A DNA stretch of 54,375 nucleotides from Candidatus Peregrinibacteria bacterium (GTDB taxonomy: Bacteria > Patescibacteriota > Gracilibacteria > UBA1369 > LOWO2-01-FULL-3): the NCBI GenBank assembly GCA_014729275.1, contig WJKE01000102.1, forward strand, positions 1-54,375, written 5' to 3'. Both the position numbers and the translations under genes were made by a program. The notes beneath the pieces were generated by a model that was not told the DNA's origin, did no database searches, and was given only the letters and a program-made list of their open reading frames with translations. Numbering within the stretch: position 1 is the first letter of the stretch; every line of letters starts with the position of its first letter. Positions 26,850-35,411 of the stretch are shown here, piece after piece.

Positions 26850-28442
26850 ATGATATCTGAAGAATTAATTGAAATTAAGGATTTTGGAGAAAAAGAAGCT
26901 TTAGCTTCGGAGTTTGCCTATAAAAGAGCTTGTGATCCGGATTATTTGAATTCCAGAGAACAAGATTTTGAGAATTTTGGTGATGAATATTTTAAAATAA
27001 TTGAAATTATTGATGGAATTAGTTCTGATTGTTTGGATGGAATGCTGTCCGGCGATCCTGAAATAGATATTTTAACATTGGTCAGAAAGGTAAAAGGAGA
27101 AGTTATTGGCCTTACCGGGAGAGATAAAATTTTTAAAATTTCCTGTTTAAGAAAGTGGATGATGGATTTTTTTCAGAATAAGGAAGATGTTTATAATAAT
27201 GGGAATAATATAAGGACTAAGAATCCCAGAAGGTTGTCTATTCAGAAACGAGTTAATTCAGAGCTGATGGAATGCGCAGAATCGGTGAGGAAGAAGGAGG
27301 GAAAATTATCAGATATAATTGATATTTTAAAAAGAAAAAGAACTTTTATTAATGGATGTCATATTGCGACTGTAATGCATAGGGTTGATCTTCAGGCGAT
27401 TGATCAGGAGGCTTCGGCTTTTTTGTATGAGCTTAATGAGATTTTAAAGAATCGCATGATTATTTTTTCGGTTTGGGAGGCTTGTCAATGTGTTATGGCT
27501 TTGAAGGATATGGACAGTGCGACACTACCTGATGATTTTATCAGTAATGTTATGAAAGGACAGAAGGGGGAATATAATAACGTCAGATATAGAAGGCTGT
27601 TAGTGTTTTGTTTAACGGGCTTAAGAAATCTTTCAGCCAACCAGGTTCCAAGAGAGTTTTTGGAAATGATTGCTGCAGAGATAAACGGGCAATATCGTTT
27701 TAATGAGGAGGAAATTGGTATTGGTGTTTTCTCTTTGAGGAATATGATAGATGAGAATGTACCAAGGGAGTTATTTGAGGGATTTATTCGGTCTTTTGAT
27801 CCTGAAAACATGAGTTTTAATAATTCTTTTATCGGGCGTTGTCTTTATGGATTACAAGGGCTTAGTAACGAGTCTGTGCCGGAAGAATTTTTTGAAGCAT
27901 TTTCTTCAAATATTGATGAGTATATCTTAAATTTGTCGGGAATGACGTTAATAAATTCTTTGTGGGGATTGGCTAATTTTAGCAATATTTCAGGGGCAAA
28001 GGTTATAATTGAAAAGTTTTTTGAAAAAATTGAATATTTATTGGAGATGGGTATATCTGATCTGATTTATATTCCTTATATTGTTCAGGTTTATAGACTT
28101 TACGGAAAATTTCTTCCTCTGAAATTGAGTAATTTATATCAATCTGTGATTAGAATCAACCCGGATCCCAGTGAAAGTTATTATGAAGAGATTGTTTCAG
28201 AAGTTGTTTTGAATAATTTTCCTTCAGTTAGTATTAATAAATTTTTGGATGGTTTTGAAATGGACTTTTTTGATAGTAATAAACGAATTAATCTGGAAAT
28301 TGATGGTAGGCAACATGCAAAAGAACCTTTAAAAGATGAAATTCGAGATAAATTTTTGCGATTACACCACGGAATTAAAGTTGTAAGAATAAATGTTCCT
28401 TCAAACTCTTTAAAAAGAAGAGTTTTTCAATTATTTAAATAA
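26850..28442 (+). CDS. helical-repeat (HPR/OPR/FASTK-like, ~39-aa period) protein with C-terminal RAP/DUF559-like (Vsr-fold) nuclease domain
   Basis: 530 aa. About six ~39-aa repeats (LVFCLTGLRNLSANQVPREFLEMIAAEI; IGVFSLRNMIDENVPRELFEGFIRSF; IGRCLYGLQGLSNESVPEEFFEAFSSNI; LINSLWGLANFSNISGAKVIIEKFFEKI). The C-terminus FEMDFFDSNKRINLEIDGRQHAKEPLKDEIRDKFLRLHHGIKVVRI matches the D...E-x-D-G-x-x-H core of RAP/DUF559 domains. Confidence 0.55.
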   Translation: MISEELIEIKDFGEKEALASEFAYKRACDPDYLNSREQDFENFGDEYFKIIEIIDGISSDCLDGMLSGDPEIDILTLVRKVKGEVIGLTGRDKIFKISCLRKWMMDFFQNKEDVYNNGNNIRTKNPRRLSIQKRVNSELMECAESVRKKEGKLSDIIDILKRKRTFINGCHIATVMHRVDLQAIDQEASAFLYELNEILKNRMIIFSVWEACQCVMALKDMDSATLPDDFISNVMKGQKGEYNNVRYRRLLVFCLTGLRNLSANQVPREFLEMIAAEINGQYRFNEEEIGIGVFSLRNMIDENVPRELFEGFIRSFDPENMSFNNSFIGRCLYGLQGLSNESVPEEFFEAFSSNIDEYILNLSGMTLINSLWGLANFSNISGAKVIIEKFFEKIEYLLEMGISDLIYIPYIVQVYRLYGKFLPLKLSNLYQSVIRINPDPSESYYEEIVSEVVLNNFPSVSINKFLDGFEMDFFDSNKRINLEIDGRQHAKEPLKDEIRDKFLRLHHGIKVVRINVPSNSLKRRVFQLFK

Positions 28443-28571
28443 ATTATGAAATTAAAAGAATTAAAGAAGGTAGAGGAATTTTATACGCGGACTCTTGAGG
28501 AGGAATTTTTGGGCTTGCTGAATGAGCTTGAAAAGTGATTAATTTGAAATAAATATTTTAACTTAAATAAT

Positions 28572-28835
28572 ATGAGATTACGAATGAATGAAGGGGGAAT
28601 TGAGGGGGAATCGCAAAGGCAGTTAGAGAGGGATGAATTTGCCGGTCATGTTTTTGATTTAATGAGAGGAAGTGATGTTGTTCCTTTTACTGAGGGGATT
28701 AGGGATGCTTTACCAAAGACTTGTTTATCTATTAATAGGGCTTGGGCTGATCAGTTTGGTTTGTTGTGGATAGATTCAGAGCTTATTGAGCGATTAAGGT
28801 CTCAAGGTTTTAACTACGAAGATTTGGGGCTTTAG
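28572..28835 (+). CDS. hypothetical protein
   Basis: 87-aa ORF in the same orientation as its neighbours. No recognisable motif. Confidence 0.35.
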   Translation: MRLRMNEGGIEGESQRQLERDEFAGHVFDLMRGSDVVPFTEGIRDALPKTCLSINRAWADQFGLLWIDSELIERLRSQGFNYEDLGL

Positions 28836-28857
28836 TTTTATTATTTAATTTATAAAA

Positions 28858-29457
28858 ATGAAAGAACGAAATTATTATGGGGAAGTTAGGGAGCAAATAG
28901 ATGAATTGCGGGAATTATCACAGGAAGCTGAATTGTTAGTTACTCTTGTTCAAGATGATAATGCTGAAATTTTAGATTGCCTGCATGAATTTTCAAGTAA
29001 ACTTTTAAAATGGATGGCTGCTTTACAATTAACCATGGGTGATATGTCTGAGGAGATAAGCGGTGAATTGGATGTGTATAATATTGAGGAAAATAATTCA
29101 TGTTCAATTTCTTTGTTTTCTATTGAGGAGCTTGAGGTTGTTATTTCAAATGCTGAGAATATTGATGAACGAGGTAGAAGGATGATTGTATTGAGGGATG
29201 AGGAGGAGATTTTTGATCAGTTTAGAACTGAATGCCCATTGTATTATGCTTCCGATATAGAAGTGAGTGAGCCAATTTGTTTTAGAGTGGGGAAAAGTGA
29301 GAGGCTGGTGCGAACAAGTGGAGTTGTTAAGAGAATTATTAGAGATGAGGGAGCAATTCATGTTGTTACTACTTGTGATAATGTTTTTAAAATTCAGGAA
29401 GGAATGATTTTTGCTTCGGGAGAGGAAAATAATTGGTATTTGGATAGGACGTTTTAG
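28858..29457 (+). CDS. hypothetical protein
   Basis: 199-aa ORF, 22 nt after the previous ORF. No recognisable motif. Confidence 0.45.
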   Translation: MKERNYYGEVREQIDELRELSQEAELLVTLVQDDNAEILDCLHEFSSKLLKWMAALQLTMGDMSEEISGELDVYNIEENNSCSISLFSIEELEVVISNAENIDERGRRMIVLRDEEEIFDQFRTECPLYYASDIEVSEPICFRVGKSERLVRTSGVVKRIIRDEGAIHVVTTCDNVFKIQEGMIFASGEENNWYLDRTF

Positions 29458-29507
29458 AGGTAAAGAAAAAAGCGCGGCCCCACTTTTCTATTTTTGTTTT
29501 TCTATTC

Positions 29508-30143
29508 TTATGTTTCGATATCGTAACCGGCATCGACCCATGCAGAGTAGTTCCCCTCCAGTCTGTAAACGTTTGTGAATCCGGCATCAACCAGTTTTTG
29601 TGCTCCCAGTCTTGATGGCTCTTCACCGTGACAATAAACAAGATACATAGCTTCTGTATCGAGAGTTGGAATTGTATCATCAAGAGTACCATCTCCAACA
29701 GGGTAATTTACAGCTCCAGGAACGTGTCCATCCGCATAATGAGGAGACACATCAACAACTATCAGTTCCGGCGTAGTGTCAATCAGATCTTTAGCTTCAC
29801 TAGCTGTAAGATCAGTATAGTCGTATTCCATAACTTCTTCTTCAACTACTTCTTCCTCCATTGTATCATCTTCTTCAGCCATGCCCATTTTGTCCATCAT
29901 ATACATGTCGTATCTGTACATGATTGTTGCAAGTTGCGCACGTGTTACATTTCCTTCAGGTACGAAGTTTCCGTCAATACCTGTAATCAGACCGGCTTCG
30001 CCAGCCCAGTTTGCCGCATCTTCATACCAAGAACCTTCTTCCACATCAGGGAAAAGCATTTCAGATACAGCGTATGCTGCAGTGTTAAGAATAAATATCG
30101 CGAAAATCGCAACACCTACCTTTACCGCCTTCTTCATTTTCAT
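29508..30143 (-). CDS. secreted SLH-like domain + rhodanese-domain sulfurtransferase
   Basis: 211 aa. Signal peptide; SLH-like segment (WYEDAANWAGEAGLITGIDGNFVPEGNVTRAQLATIMYRY); an acidic linker; and a rhodanese domain with the active-site loop CHGEEPS and C-terminal YRLEGNYSAW. Confidence 0.75.
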   Translation of the reverse strand: MKMKKAVKVGVAIFAIFILNTAAYAVSEMLFPDVEEGSWYEDAANWAGEAGLITGIDGNFVPEGNVTRAQLATIMYRYDMYMMDKMGMAEEDDTMEEEVVEEEVMEYDYTDLTASEAKDLIDTTPELIVVDVSPHYADGHVPGAVNYPVGDGTLDDTIPTLDTEAMYLVYCHGEEPSRLGAQKLVDAGFTNVYRLEGNYSAWVDAGYDIET

Positions 30144-30283
30144 AAAAAGAGGGGTTAAATGATTATTAAAAAATCTTTTCCAATTTAGAAGATTTTAATG
30201 TTTTGGTCAAATTTTTATGTGTTCACAGAGTATAAGGTTTTGTGTTAATTTGATCTCTAAAAGTAAAATATAATTTATGAAAA

Positions 30284-30661
30284 ATGACATTAAATAATAA
30301 GTCAAAACAACAGAATTGGCCTAGTTTTGATGAAACTGAATTATCTTTAGAGTTTTTTAGAGGATTAAATTCTCGAGAAAAAGATATTGTTTTGACTAAT
30401 GCTGCAAAAGTTCACGAAGAACAATTAGCTAAATTTTTTGCCGTTACCAGTGCTAACTGGGTGGTTATTGCCGGTTGTACAATAGTTGCCATGGGTAGTG
30501 ATAAGATGAAATTGAATGAAGAAGATATTTCTGGAATTGAGGAACAAGCCGGGTCTATTTGTTTTGTTTATACACGTCCGGAGGGGCAAGAGGGAGATTT
30601 TTTATTGGCTGAGGAAAGAGAAGGGGTTAATATGAAGCTAAGGGAAAATTCGGAATTGTAG
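30284..30661 (+). CDS. small protein, paralog family member 1 (WV-I-G---VA-G module, DUF5678-like by recollection)
   Basis: 125 aa. Aligns by eye with 30692..31054 and 33994..34488 (NWVVIAGCTIVAMGSD...ICFVYTRPE). Confidence 0.5.
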   Translation: MTLNNKSKQQNWPSFDETELSLEFFRGLNSREKDIVLTNAAKVHEEQLAKFFAVTSANWVVIAGCTIVAMGSDKMKLNEEDISGIEEQAGSICFVYTRPEGQEGDFLLAEEREGVNMKLRENSEL

Positions 30662-30691
30662 TTAATAATTAAACATCTTTAATCAAACAAT

Positions 30692-31054
30692 ATGAAATCT
30701 TTAAAAGGTCCGCGTTATAAACCGGAAAAAGATGAATGGTGGGGAAGGGGCGAAACTAAAGAAGTTAGAGCTCCGGGGGAGGAAGTGAGTAATGTTATGG
30801 AGATCATGGATTTTTGTGCAGAAATTCATTTTATGCGCGGAATGAATCTTCAAAATATTAATAAACGGGCAGAGGTGAATAGAATTGTGGCAGACACTGT
30901 TTTTGCTACTTTAGATGATGATTGGGTGATTGTTCAAGGTTCAAACGTTATTTGCAAGGGAAAGGACACTGACCCTGTTAGCGCAAAAGATAGGTTAATT
31001 GCTTTACAGAAAACTGCAGGATTTAATGATATTTGTTATTTGTTTAGAAAATAA
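30692..31054 (+). CDS. small protein, paralog family member 2
   Basis: 120 aa. DWVIVQGSNVICKGKD...ICYLFRK aligns with its two paralogs. Confidence 0.5.
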   Translation: MKSLKGPRYKPEKDEWWGRGETKEVRAPGEEVSNVMEIMDFCAEIHFMRGMNLQNINKRAEVNRIVADTVFATLDDDWVIVQGSNVICKGKDTDPVSAKDRLIALQKTAGFNDICYLFRK

Positions 31055-31182
31055 ATTATGAAGGTCTCGTTGAGAAGTGTTTTGTAGACTTATTGCTTTT
31101 GACTTTTTGCGTGTTTTATGGTATGTTTAAAGGTAGTATTGCTTGATTAATATAAACATATATATTTTAATAAAAAAAACAA

Positions 31183-31779
31183 ATGGTAAAAATAAAAAAA
31201 AATTGGCTTACGGTATCTGTTGTAGTTGTTTCGGTTTTGGTTCTGGTCTTAGGTTTAGCAGTAATTGTTGGGCCGGGATCGGATTTGTTTATGGGCTACA
31301 CAAGATTAGTAAGTTATCAGACAAAAACTGTGGATTGTATTTCTGATGGAAACAGTCTGGAAGAATGTGCTGATAATCAGGGGATTGTTGCAAGAGATGT
31401 TACTTATTTGAATGAGAAGTATAACAATTGTCTTTCAACTTATGGAAAAGATGTAACCGCAGTATTAACTTGTTTTGATGAGGAAGTATTGAATTATACT
31501 CCTATAATTGAAGCAAATATTAAAGAAGAAGCTGTTTCGAATTTTGAAGCCGGAGTGGTTGCTTTATTACCGAAAGCGGATTTGCTTGATCTTAAAATAA
31601 CCACAGCTGATTCAAAAGAAATTGCCTTTAATGAGGTAAAATCATTCAAAGTATTGCCTACTGATTCGGATTTATCATTTGTTCCCAAGGGAACAGTTGA
31701 TTTAATGCTTTATTTTGCTGATGGAACATCAAAAAAAGTTATTAATGTTGTAGATTTAGTGGGGTTTGTTCATTATTAA
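31183..31779 (+). CDS. membrane-anchored hypothetical protein
   Basis: 198 aa. Has an N-terminal TM/signal anchor (WLTVSVVVVSVLVLVLGLAVIV). Followed by a clear intrinsic terminator. Confidence 0.55.
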   Translation: MVKIKKNWLTVSVVVVSVLVLVLGLAVIVGPGSDLFMGYTRLVSYQTKTVDCISDGNSLEECADNQGIVARDVTYLNEKYNNCLSTYGKDVTAVLTCFDEEVLNYTPIIEANIKEEAVSNFEAGVVALLPKADLLDLKITTADSKEIAFNEVKSFKVLPTDSDLSFVPKGTVDLMLYFADGTSKKVINVVDLVGFVHY

Positions 31780-31803
31780 TCTTAAGAATTAGAATAATTA
31801 TTG

Positions 31804-31834
31804 CCCCGGCCTAAATTTATGGTCGGGGTTTTTT
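31804..31834 (+). terminator. rho-independent terminator
   Basis: CCCCGGCC-taaatttat-GGTCGGGG forms an 8-bp stem with one G-U pair, followed by TTTTTT. Confidence 0.65.
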
Positions 31835-31949
31835 AATTAAATAGAGTTGTTATGGTACATGTAAGGTCTTTTGTATAAAATAAATCAAAATTAGGTGATA
31901 TTACACTGCTATATATACGGGAGATGCAAGACCTTTGTATAAAAATAAA

Positions 31950-33170
31950 TCAATGGAAGAATGTCATGTAGAATTGAAAGACGAAGAGTCCGGTAGAGAA
32001 AAATAAACCGAGTATCGGTACTATCATGGGATAGCTTTTAACTCCTTTTACCTTTGGTGTTTTTCTTTTTATGATTATTAGAGATAGATTAATTAAGGAA
32101 AATACGATTAGAAGAATGTAATTAGTAGCTTTTGCCAGTGATTCAAGGTCAAAAAGCAAGGCGAGAGCCAAAATTATTCCGCTTGCAAAAATTGTTGACC
32201 AAATTGGGGTGCGCGTGCGCTTGTTTAATTTTCCGAAAATTTTGGGTGCCAGGTTTTTTCTTGCCATACCATAAAGCACTCTTGCATTCATAACAATTTG
32301 TACAAGTACTCCATTGATTATTGCGATTAATCCTATCGCACTTATTATATATGGATATGATGGATTCTTTTTTGCCAGGATATCTGCCAATGGGGCAGTG
32401 CTGCTATCTAATTCTTCGGGGGAAAGGCCTAAAATTCCAATTATTGATATGATGATATATAAAACAGTTAGTATCAGTAATGAACAAATTATGGCTCTTG
32501 GCATGTCTTTTTGAGGATTTTTGGATTCTTCTGCAACATTGACTACATCTTCAAATCCTATAAACGTGAAAAAAGCTAAAAATGCTCCCATAAAGATTCC
32601 TTTCCATACATTGGCATCTAAACTTGGTACAAATTCCATAGCCCGTTCCGGAAAATGTACTAAATTATCACCGGCTAAAAGAATTACTAAAAAAATACCA
32701 AGTAATTCGATAGAGGTGATTACTGTAATAGTCGCGGCGGATTGGGTTATTCCCCAAATGGCAACTCCTGAAAGGACAATTGTTACAATTGAAATAATGA
32801 TCCAGGGGGCGATTTCAACAAAAACATGCACGTATCCCACGTATCCATTTAAAACTGTAGCCGTTGAAATAATTGCAGATACTACCAACATCCAACCGGA
32901 TATTTTGGATAGCCAGTCTTTGTGAAACGCTTCATCAACATAATTCACTACGCCTCCGCTTTTGGGAATTCTTGCCGATAATTCGCTATAAGAAAATCCT
33001 GAAAAAATTGCTAAAATTGAAGCAACTAAAAAGGCAATAGGCGCCAAAGTTCCTGCTTCACCGATGATTTTTCCAAGTATAACGTAGATGCCTAATCCAA
33101 GGATTGTGCCAGTGCTGTAAAATAGTAAAAGTGGAAAATTTAGGCTTTTTTTGAGTTTTATTTGCGGCAT
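31950..33170 (-). CDS. APC superfamily amino acid permease
   Basis: 406 aa with ~12 TM segments. The N-terminal region LFYSTGTILGLGIYVILG and the overall pattern are typical of amino acid/polyamine/organocation transporters. Confidence 0.85.
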   Translation of the reverse strand: MPQIKLKKSLNFPLLLFYSTGTILGLGIYVILGKIIGEAGTLAPIAFLVASILAIFSGFSYSELSARIPKSGGVVNYVDEAFHKDWLSKISGWMLVVSAIISTATVLNGYVGYVHVFVEIAPWIIISIVTIVLSGVAIWGITQSAATITVITSIELLGIFLVILLAGDNLVHFPERAMEFVPSLDANVWKGIFMGAFLAFFTFIGFEDVVNVAEESKNPQKDMPRAIICSLLILTVLYIIISIIGILGLSPEELDSSTAPLADILAKKNPSYPYIISAIGLIAIINGVLVQIVMNARVLYGMARKNLAPKIFGKLNKRTRTPIWSTIFASGIILALALLFDLESLAKATNYILLIVFSLINLSLIIIKRKTPKVKGVKSYPMIVPILGLFFSTGLFVFQFYMTFFH

Positions 33171-33210
33171 GTTTTATATATAACAGATTTACGTCGGGCC
33201 TGCCAGTGGG

Positions 33211-33373
33211 CTATTTTTGTGAAAATTGATGAATAATTGTGTTTCACCGCTGTGTTCGTAAAACCGGCTTTAAGGCTATTTTTGTGAAAATTGATAAATA
33301 ATTGTGTTTCACCGCTGTGTTCGTAAAACCGGCTTTAAGGCTATTTTTGTGAAAATTGATAAATAATTGTGTT
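33211..33373. repeat. 65-bp tandem direct repeat, 2.5 copies
   Basis: Units at 33211..33275, 33276..33340 and a partial one at 33341..33373 (CTATTTTTGTGAAAATTGAT[G/A]AATAATTGTGTTTCACCGCTGTGTTCGTAAAACCGGCTTTAAGG). Nearly identical; one G/A difference was seen. Confidence 0.9.
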
Positions 33374-33417
33374 AGATAATTTTTTTGTGATAAGTTTTAA
33401 TCCAATTTTTTAATAAT

Positions 33418-33747
33418 ATGGAAATGAAATTATCAAATGGACCAAAATCGTACGAAAATGCGTCTTTGGGGGTGGCTACGGAAATGTTGATTGCAGAACT
33501 TGAGGCGGTGAAACCAGAAGTAAGGGAAAGCCAGACAATTATGTCACTAGGGGATTATGAGTCGGTTGATGATTTGCTTGAGGGGCTTAAGAAAAGGGAA
33601 CCTGCGGCAATGGAGATTGTGGAGGCACGGATGCAATTGGAGAATTTGCAGGAGAAAAAGGGCAAAGAGGGCGTGCTTAAAGGCATGATAAGCTATGTTG
33701 GCAGGAAGATTGATGAAGTAATTTATGGGGCAGAGTATGAGGGGTAG
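33418..33747 (+). CDS. hypothetical protein
   Basis: 109-aa ORF followed by an intrinsic terminator. No recognisable motif. Confidence 0.45.
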   Translation: MEMKLSNGPKSYENASLGVATEMLIAELEAVKPEVRESQTIMSLGDYESVDDLLEGLKKREPAAMEIVEARMQLENLQEKKGKEGVLKGMISYVGRKIDEVIYGAEYEG

Positions 33748-33774
33748 GGGGAATTTTTGGTTGAAAATTGTATA

Positions 33775-33807
33775 GTCCGGGCAATTAAAATTATCCCGGG
33801 CTTTTTT
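33775..33807 (+). terminator. rho-independent terminator
   Basis: GTCCGGG-caattaaaattat-CCCGGGC forms a 7-bp stem with one G-U pair, followed by TTTTTT. Confidence 0.6.
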
Positions 33808-33993
33808 GCTGTATGGTTTAGAGCTGTATATTAGCCTTGTTTTTACTGTAAATTTTGGCATAATTTGTGGGCGTTAGATAGTATGTTTATATTTTCTATC
33901 TTACCCCTTTTTTAGACACATAAAATTTTACAGTACCGTTGATTTTTCCCGATTTAACTGTTACATTTTTTTCTAATTTTTTAACTGTATATC

Positions 33994-34488
33994 ATGGCTT
34001 TAAACGAAAAATCAGTGGAAGAATCAGAATTTGACTTGGGGCAGCTGGATCTGGATTATTATAAAGATTTATCCCAGAATGAACGAAGTGAGGTTTTTAA
34101 GCGGATTTACGAATTTCATGAACCAATTGTGAAAGAAACTTTCAAAAAATGGGATTTATCCTGGGTGGCAATTGTAGGAGATGAAGTGGTTGCTGTAGGA
34201 ACTGAACAGGACACCCTATCGGATAGGCAAATTATTATTTTTGAGAACCAATATAATATGGTTTGTGTTATATATTATCGACCGGAGACATTTTTAGATG
34301 AAATGAGTGAAGAAGAAAAAGCACAACTTCGTGATGTAGATTATATAAATAAAGTCGTAAGGGCTCAGGTGAGCGAAGCGCGGGACAGTAAGGAGAGCGG
34401 TAATAATACGGATACACAAAAACCGATTGAATATTTAGTTAGATTGTTGGATGATGCTATGGAAAGATTTCAGACTGAAAATAACTAA
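33994..34488 (+). CDS. small protein, paralog family member 3 (with C-terminal acidic extension)
   Basis: 164 aa. SWVAIVGDEVVAVGTE...VCVIYYRPE aligns with 30284..30661 and 30692..31054. Confidence 0.5.
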   Translation: MALNEKSVEESEFDLGQLDLDYYKDLSQNERSEVFKRIYEFHEPIVKETFKKWDLSWVAIVGDEVVAVGTEQDTLSDRQIIIFENQYNMVCVIYYRPETFLDEMSEEEKAQLRDVDYINKVVRAQVSEARDSKESGNNTDTQKPIEYLVRLLDDAMERFQTENN

Positions 34489-34505
34489 TTTCAAAATAAT
34501 CCGTT

Positions 34506-35411
34506 ATGCAAGTTATTTCTGTTAAGTCATTGGAGAAAATTTATGCGAATGGGGTTAGGGCTTTGGATTGCGTGGATTTTGAAATGAAAAAAGGGGATTT
34601 TTTAGGACTTTTGGGAGCAAATGGTGCAGGAAAAACAACCATGATAAGCATATTTACGGGAACAGTTAACAAAACAGCAGGTAGTGTAAATATTTTTGGA
34701 ATTGATATTGATAAGGATCATAATAGTGCAAAGAAGAAGATTGGGGTTGTACCTCAAGAATTCAATTTTAATATTTTTGAAAAAGTGATTGATATTGTTG
34801 TGCAGCAAGCAGGATATTTTGGAATTCCGAGAAAAAAGGCTCTAAAAAATGCTGAAAAACTTTTAAAGGATTTGGGACTTTGGTCAAAGAGAAACAATCC
34901 TGCAAAAGAACTTTCTGGGGGGATGAAAAGGAGATTGATGATTGTTCGTGCTCTTGTCCATGATCCCAAATTATTAATTTTGGATGAACCTACTGCCGGA
35001 GTTGATGTAGAGCTTAGACACAGTATGTGGGAATATTTAAAAAAATTAAATGAATCAGGAGTAACAATACTTTTAACAAGTCATTATCTGGAAGAGATTG
35101 AAGAACTTTGCAATGATGTAGTAATGATTAAAAAGGGCAAAATTGTTATTAAGGATACTGTTTCACATGTCCTTAAATCTATAGATGAAGTGACTTATGT
35201 GATTGATGTGGATAAGGTTAAAAAAACTTTTGTTGCTCATAATTTTGTATATAAGATTATTGATGAGAATACTTTGGAGGTTAGAATAACTCAAAAACAT
35301 ACTTTAAATGAATTTTTACGAATACTGGATCGTAATGGAATGATGATTTCAAATTTACGCCCCAAAAGTAATCGCCTTGAACAGTTATTTTTAAATATTT
35401 TAAATGCTTAG
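34506..35411 (+). CDS. ABC transporter ATP-binding protein (ABC-2/DrrA-like exporter)
   Basis: 301 aa. Walker A GANGAGKTT, signature LSGGMKRR, Walker B LLILDEPT. Confidence 0.9.
   Translation: MQVISVKSLEKIYANGVRALDCVDFEMKKGDFLGLLGANGAGKTTMISIFTGTVNKTAGSVNIFGIDIDKDHNSAKKKIGVVPQEFNFNIFEKVIDIVVQQAGYFGIPRKKALKNAEKLLKDLGLWSKRNNPAKELSGGMKRRLMIVRALVHDPKLLILDEPTAGVDVELRHSMWEYLKKLNESGVTILLTSHYLEEIEELCNDVVMIKKGKIVIKDTVSHVLKSIDEVTYVIDVDKVKKTFVAHNFVYKIIDENTLEVRITQKHTLNEFLRILDRNGMMISNLRPKSNRLEQLFLNILNA

Noticed and set aside
28446-28538. A 30-aa ORF (MKLKELKKVEEFYTRTLEEEFLGLLNELEK) directly after the RAP-like gene.
   Set aside because: It is too short and has no motif or conservation evidence available here. 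It is left uncalled.
29628-30162. Plus-strand track ORFs 29628..30158 and 29881..30162. The same applies to many other antisense track ORFs, such as 999..1196, 1505..1759, 12276..12734, 14240..14560, 21109..21435, 32521..32925, 43642..43974 and 53204..53581.
   Set aside because: They lie entirely antisense to, or inside, well-supported genes with clear family motifs. Their translations are low-complexity or Cys/Arg-rich, so they are shadow ORFs.
33211-33373. The tandem repeat as a CRISPR array.
   Set aside because: The units are directly adjacent with no unique spacers, the unit length is 65 bp, and there are no cas genes in the window.
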